A stretch of 18,640 nt of DNA from Verrucomicrobiota bacterium (GTDB lineage Bacteria > Verrucomicrobiota > Verrucomicrobiia > Limisphaerales > Palsa-1400): positions 1-18,640 of the forward strand of contig JBEKYR010000065.1 in assembly GCA_049510745.1 (NCBI GenBank), read 5' to 3'. Below are positions 16,316 through 18,640 of the stretch, in pieces. Position 1 is the first letter of the stretch. Every line of letters starts with the position of its first letter. A program made the position numbers and the translations under genes. The notes beneath the pieces were generated by a model, which searched no databases, was not told the DNA's origin, and was given only the letters and a program-made list of their open reading frames with translations.

Positions 16316-18148
16316 CTACTCTTCGACGGGCACGACCAGGTTTTCCATGATGTAATCCTTGCGCTCGGGGGTGTTTTTGCCCATGTAAAAACCAAGAATG
16401 CCCGCCGTCTCCGGCTTGGGGGCGTATTCGACCTGGCTCAACTTCATTTGCGGGCCGATGAATTGTTTGAACTCGCCGGGGGTGATTTCCCCCAGGCCCT
16501 TGAAGCGGGTGATCTCGCAGTTCTTCCCCAGCCTGGCCGCTGCCGCGTCGCGCTCGGCCTGGTTGTAACAATAGATGTTCTGCTCCTTGTTGCGGACGCG
16601 GAAGAGCGGCGTTTCCAGAACGTAGAGATGGCCGTCATGCACCAGCGGGTCGAAGAACCGGAAGAAATAGGTGATGAGCAGGTTGCGGATGTGCAGGCCG
16701 TCCACGTCCGCGTCCGTCGCCAGGATCACCTTTTCGTAGCGGAGGTTTTCGATGTTGTCCTCGATGTCCAGGCTGCGCATCAAATTGTACATCTCGTCGT
16801 TTTTATAGACGATGTCGCGCTTGAGGTCCCAGACGTTGAGGGGCTTGCCTTTGAGGACGAAGATGGCCTGGGTGTGGACGTCGCGGCAACTGACAATGGA
16901 GCCGGCGGCCGACTGGCCTTCGGTGAGGAAAATCATCGACCCGCGGCCTTTGCCCCTGGGCTTGTCAAAATGAATTTTGCAGTCCTTGAGCTGCGGGATG
17001 CGCAGGGTGATGGCCTTGGCCCGCTCGCGCGCCAGTTTTTTGACCTCCTGCAATTCCCGGCGCAATTGCCAGGTGTCCCCGACCTTGGCCATGATCTTCT
17101 CGGCGACGTCCTTGTTGCGATTGAAGAAGTGGAGCAATTCCTCGCGCACGGTGTTGACCAGGTCGGAGCGGATTTCGGTGTTGCCCAGTTTGTTTTTGGT
17201 TTGGGACTCGAAGACCGGGTCCTTGAGGCGGATGGCCACGGCGCCCACCATGCACTCGCGCACGTCATCGCCCTCGAATTTGCCCTTGGAGTATTCGTTG
17301 ACGGCCTTGAGCAGGCCCTCGCGGAAGGCGCTTAAATGGGTGCCGCCGTCGGTGGTGTACTGGCCGTTGACGAAGGAAAAGAAGGTCTCGCCGTAGCGGC
17401 TGTTGCTGTGGGTGAAGCAAAATTCGAGGGTCTTGCTGGAATAATGCAGGGGGGGGTAGATCGGCTCGGACTGGTCGGCGCGCAAGTCCTCCATGACCAA
17501 ATCGAGCAGGCCGTTGCGCGAGACAAAGGTCTGGCCGTTGTAACTGAGCTTCAGGCCGGTGTTGAGGTAGCTGTAATGGCGCAGGCGCCTCTCCACCAAT
17601 TCCGGGCGGAAGGCCGTTTCCTTGAAAATCTCCGGGTCCGGCACGAACCGGATGAAGGTCCCGTCCGGCTCGCTGGAACCCTTGCCGCTTTTCTCGCCCT
17701 TGAGTTTGCCCACCTTGAAGGCGGCCTCGACAAATTCACCGCCGCGATGGCTGCGGACCAGGAACTCTTTGGAGAGAGCGTTGACGGCCTTGGTGCCGAC
17801 GCCGTTGAGGCCGACGCTGAATTGGAAGACGTCGTCGTTGTATTTGGCGCCGGTGTTGATCTTGGAGACGCAATCGACGACTTTGCCCAGGGGAATGCCG
17901 CGGCCGAAATCGCGCACGCTGACGGTGGTGCCGTCGATGCTGATCTGGACCTCCTTGCCGTAGCCCATGATGAATTCGTCGATGGCGTTGTCGATGACTT
18001 CCTTGAGCAGGATGTAACAGCCGTCGTCGTAATGGGAGCCGTCGCCGATGCGGCCGACGTACATGCCGGTGCGGAGGCGGATGTGTTCGAGGGAAGAAAG
18101 CGTTTTGATTTTGCTTTCGTCATAGACGTGTTTTTTGCTCTCGGCCAT
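16316..18148 (-). CDS. parE: Type IIA DNA topoisomerase subunit B (topoisomerase IV ParE-like)
   Basis: EHIRLRTGMYVG, EVIDNAIDE, DFGRGIP, GLNGVG (GHKL domain), GGTH, FESQTK; TOPRIM TEGQSA, LKGKPLN, TDADVDGLHI, RFKGLGE; 610 aa. ParE versus GyrB is inferred from the divergent motifs. Confidence 0.85.
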   Translation of the reverse strand: MAESKKHVYDESKIKTLSSLEHIRLRTGMYVGRIGDGSHYDDGCYILLKEVIDNAIDEFIMGYGKEVQISIDGTTVSVRDFGRGIPLGKVVDCVSKINTGAKYNDDVFQFSVGLNGVGTKAVNALSKEFLVRSHRGGEFVEAAFKVGKLKGEKSGKGSSEPDGTFIRFVPDPEIFKETAFRPELVERRLRHYSYLNTGLKLSYNGQTFVSRNGLLDLVMEDLRADQSEPIYPPLHYSSKTLEFCFTHSNSRYGETFFSFVNGQYTTDGGTHLSAFREGLLKAVNEYSKGKFEGDDVRECMVGAVAIRLKDPVFESQTKNKLGNTEIRSDLVNTVREELLHFFNRNKDVAEKIMAKVGDTWQLRRELQEVKKLARERAKAITLRIPQLKDCKIHFDKPRGKGRGSMIFLTEGQSAAGSIVSCRDVHTQAIFVLKGKPLNVWDLKRDIVYKNDEMYNLMRSLDIEDNIENLRYEKVILATDADVDGLHIRNLLITYFFRFFDPLVHDGHLYVLETPLFRVRNKEQNIYCYNQAERDAAAARLGKNCEITRFKGLGEITPGEFKQFIGPQMKLSQVEYAPKPETAGILGFYMGKNTPERKDYIMENLVVPVEE

Positions 18149-18166
18149 AGTCAGGGCACTTTAAAC

Positions 18167-18198
18167 AAGGATGAAGGCGGAAGGAAGAAGGAAGAAGG
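18167..18198. repeat. Heptamer tandem repeat AAGGNNG, about 4.5 copies
   Basis: aaggatg aaggcgg aaggaag aaggaag aagg. Confidence 0.75.
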
Positions 18199-18315
18199 CC
18201 GGCGGTTGGCGGGTTTGCCCCAATGTTTTGTTGGTCGGAATTGGCAGCGCGGTTTGGGACTGGCGCAACCCTTGACCGGGCTTGACTGGGATTGACCGCA
18301 GGGCGCTGAAACTCC

Positions 18316-18350
18316 ATTGAAAATTGAAAATTGAAAATTGGTAATTGCAC
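18316..18350. repeat. Heptamer tandem repeat ATTGAAA, 3 perfect plus 2 degenerate copies
   Basis: attgaaa attgaaa attgaaa attggta attgcac. Confidence 0.8.
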
Positions 18351-18640
18351 AGCCGGGCCAGCCTGGGGGTGAAGGTCCCGTCCCGTGAGGCGGCTGGGCT
18401 ATACGGCGGTTCGATTTCCGCGGTTTTTGAGTGCGGTTTTTTCAATTGGCATGGCGACATTTTTGTTTTTGGTCAAATTTGATCAAATTCAGTCAGAGGG
18501 GGGAAAGGGGTTAAACTGGAATGGCACTTAGTTAGTGCCTAAAACCTTTTGCGTCAACCGTTTGCGACGGCGCGGATTTGGGGTCGATTGGAAGATGATC
18601 CGACGGGAAAGACTCTCCAATTGCTTGAGTTGCTGGCGCA

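Overview
GC-rich bacterial chromosomal segment; the gene repertoire and style suggest Verrucomicrobiota/PVC (inference). Left part (+ strand): a heterodimeric ABC exporter pair, lpxK and a waaF-like heptosyltransferase. On the - strand follow a Tat-exported Gfo/Idh/MocA oxidoreductase, a PmoA/DUF6807-like lipoprotein and tRNA-Leu(CAA). The centre holds three tandem, near-identical 125-aa type IV prepilin genes at a 627-628 bp period. Each has its own sigma-54 (-24/-12) promoter, a structurally conserved 5' leader with compensatory changes, and a hairpin plus terminator at its 3' end. The middle copy looks like a chimera of the outer two, and the pilins carry a Cys3His set suggestive of zinc binding. 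Right part: an iron-sulfur flavoprotein, an aldo/keto reductase with Fe-S clusters, two helical-repeat proteins, a small conserved hypothetical gene and a ParE-like topoisomerase B subunit with no adjacent A subunit, preceded by heptamer repeats. The pilin array and its structured non-coding DNA are the most interesting part. All structures were read by eye; no database search was run.
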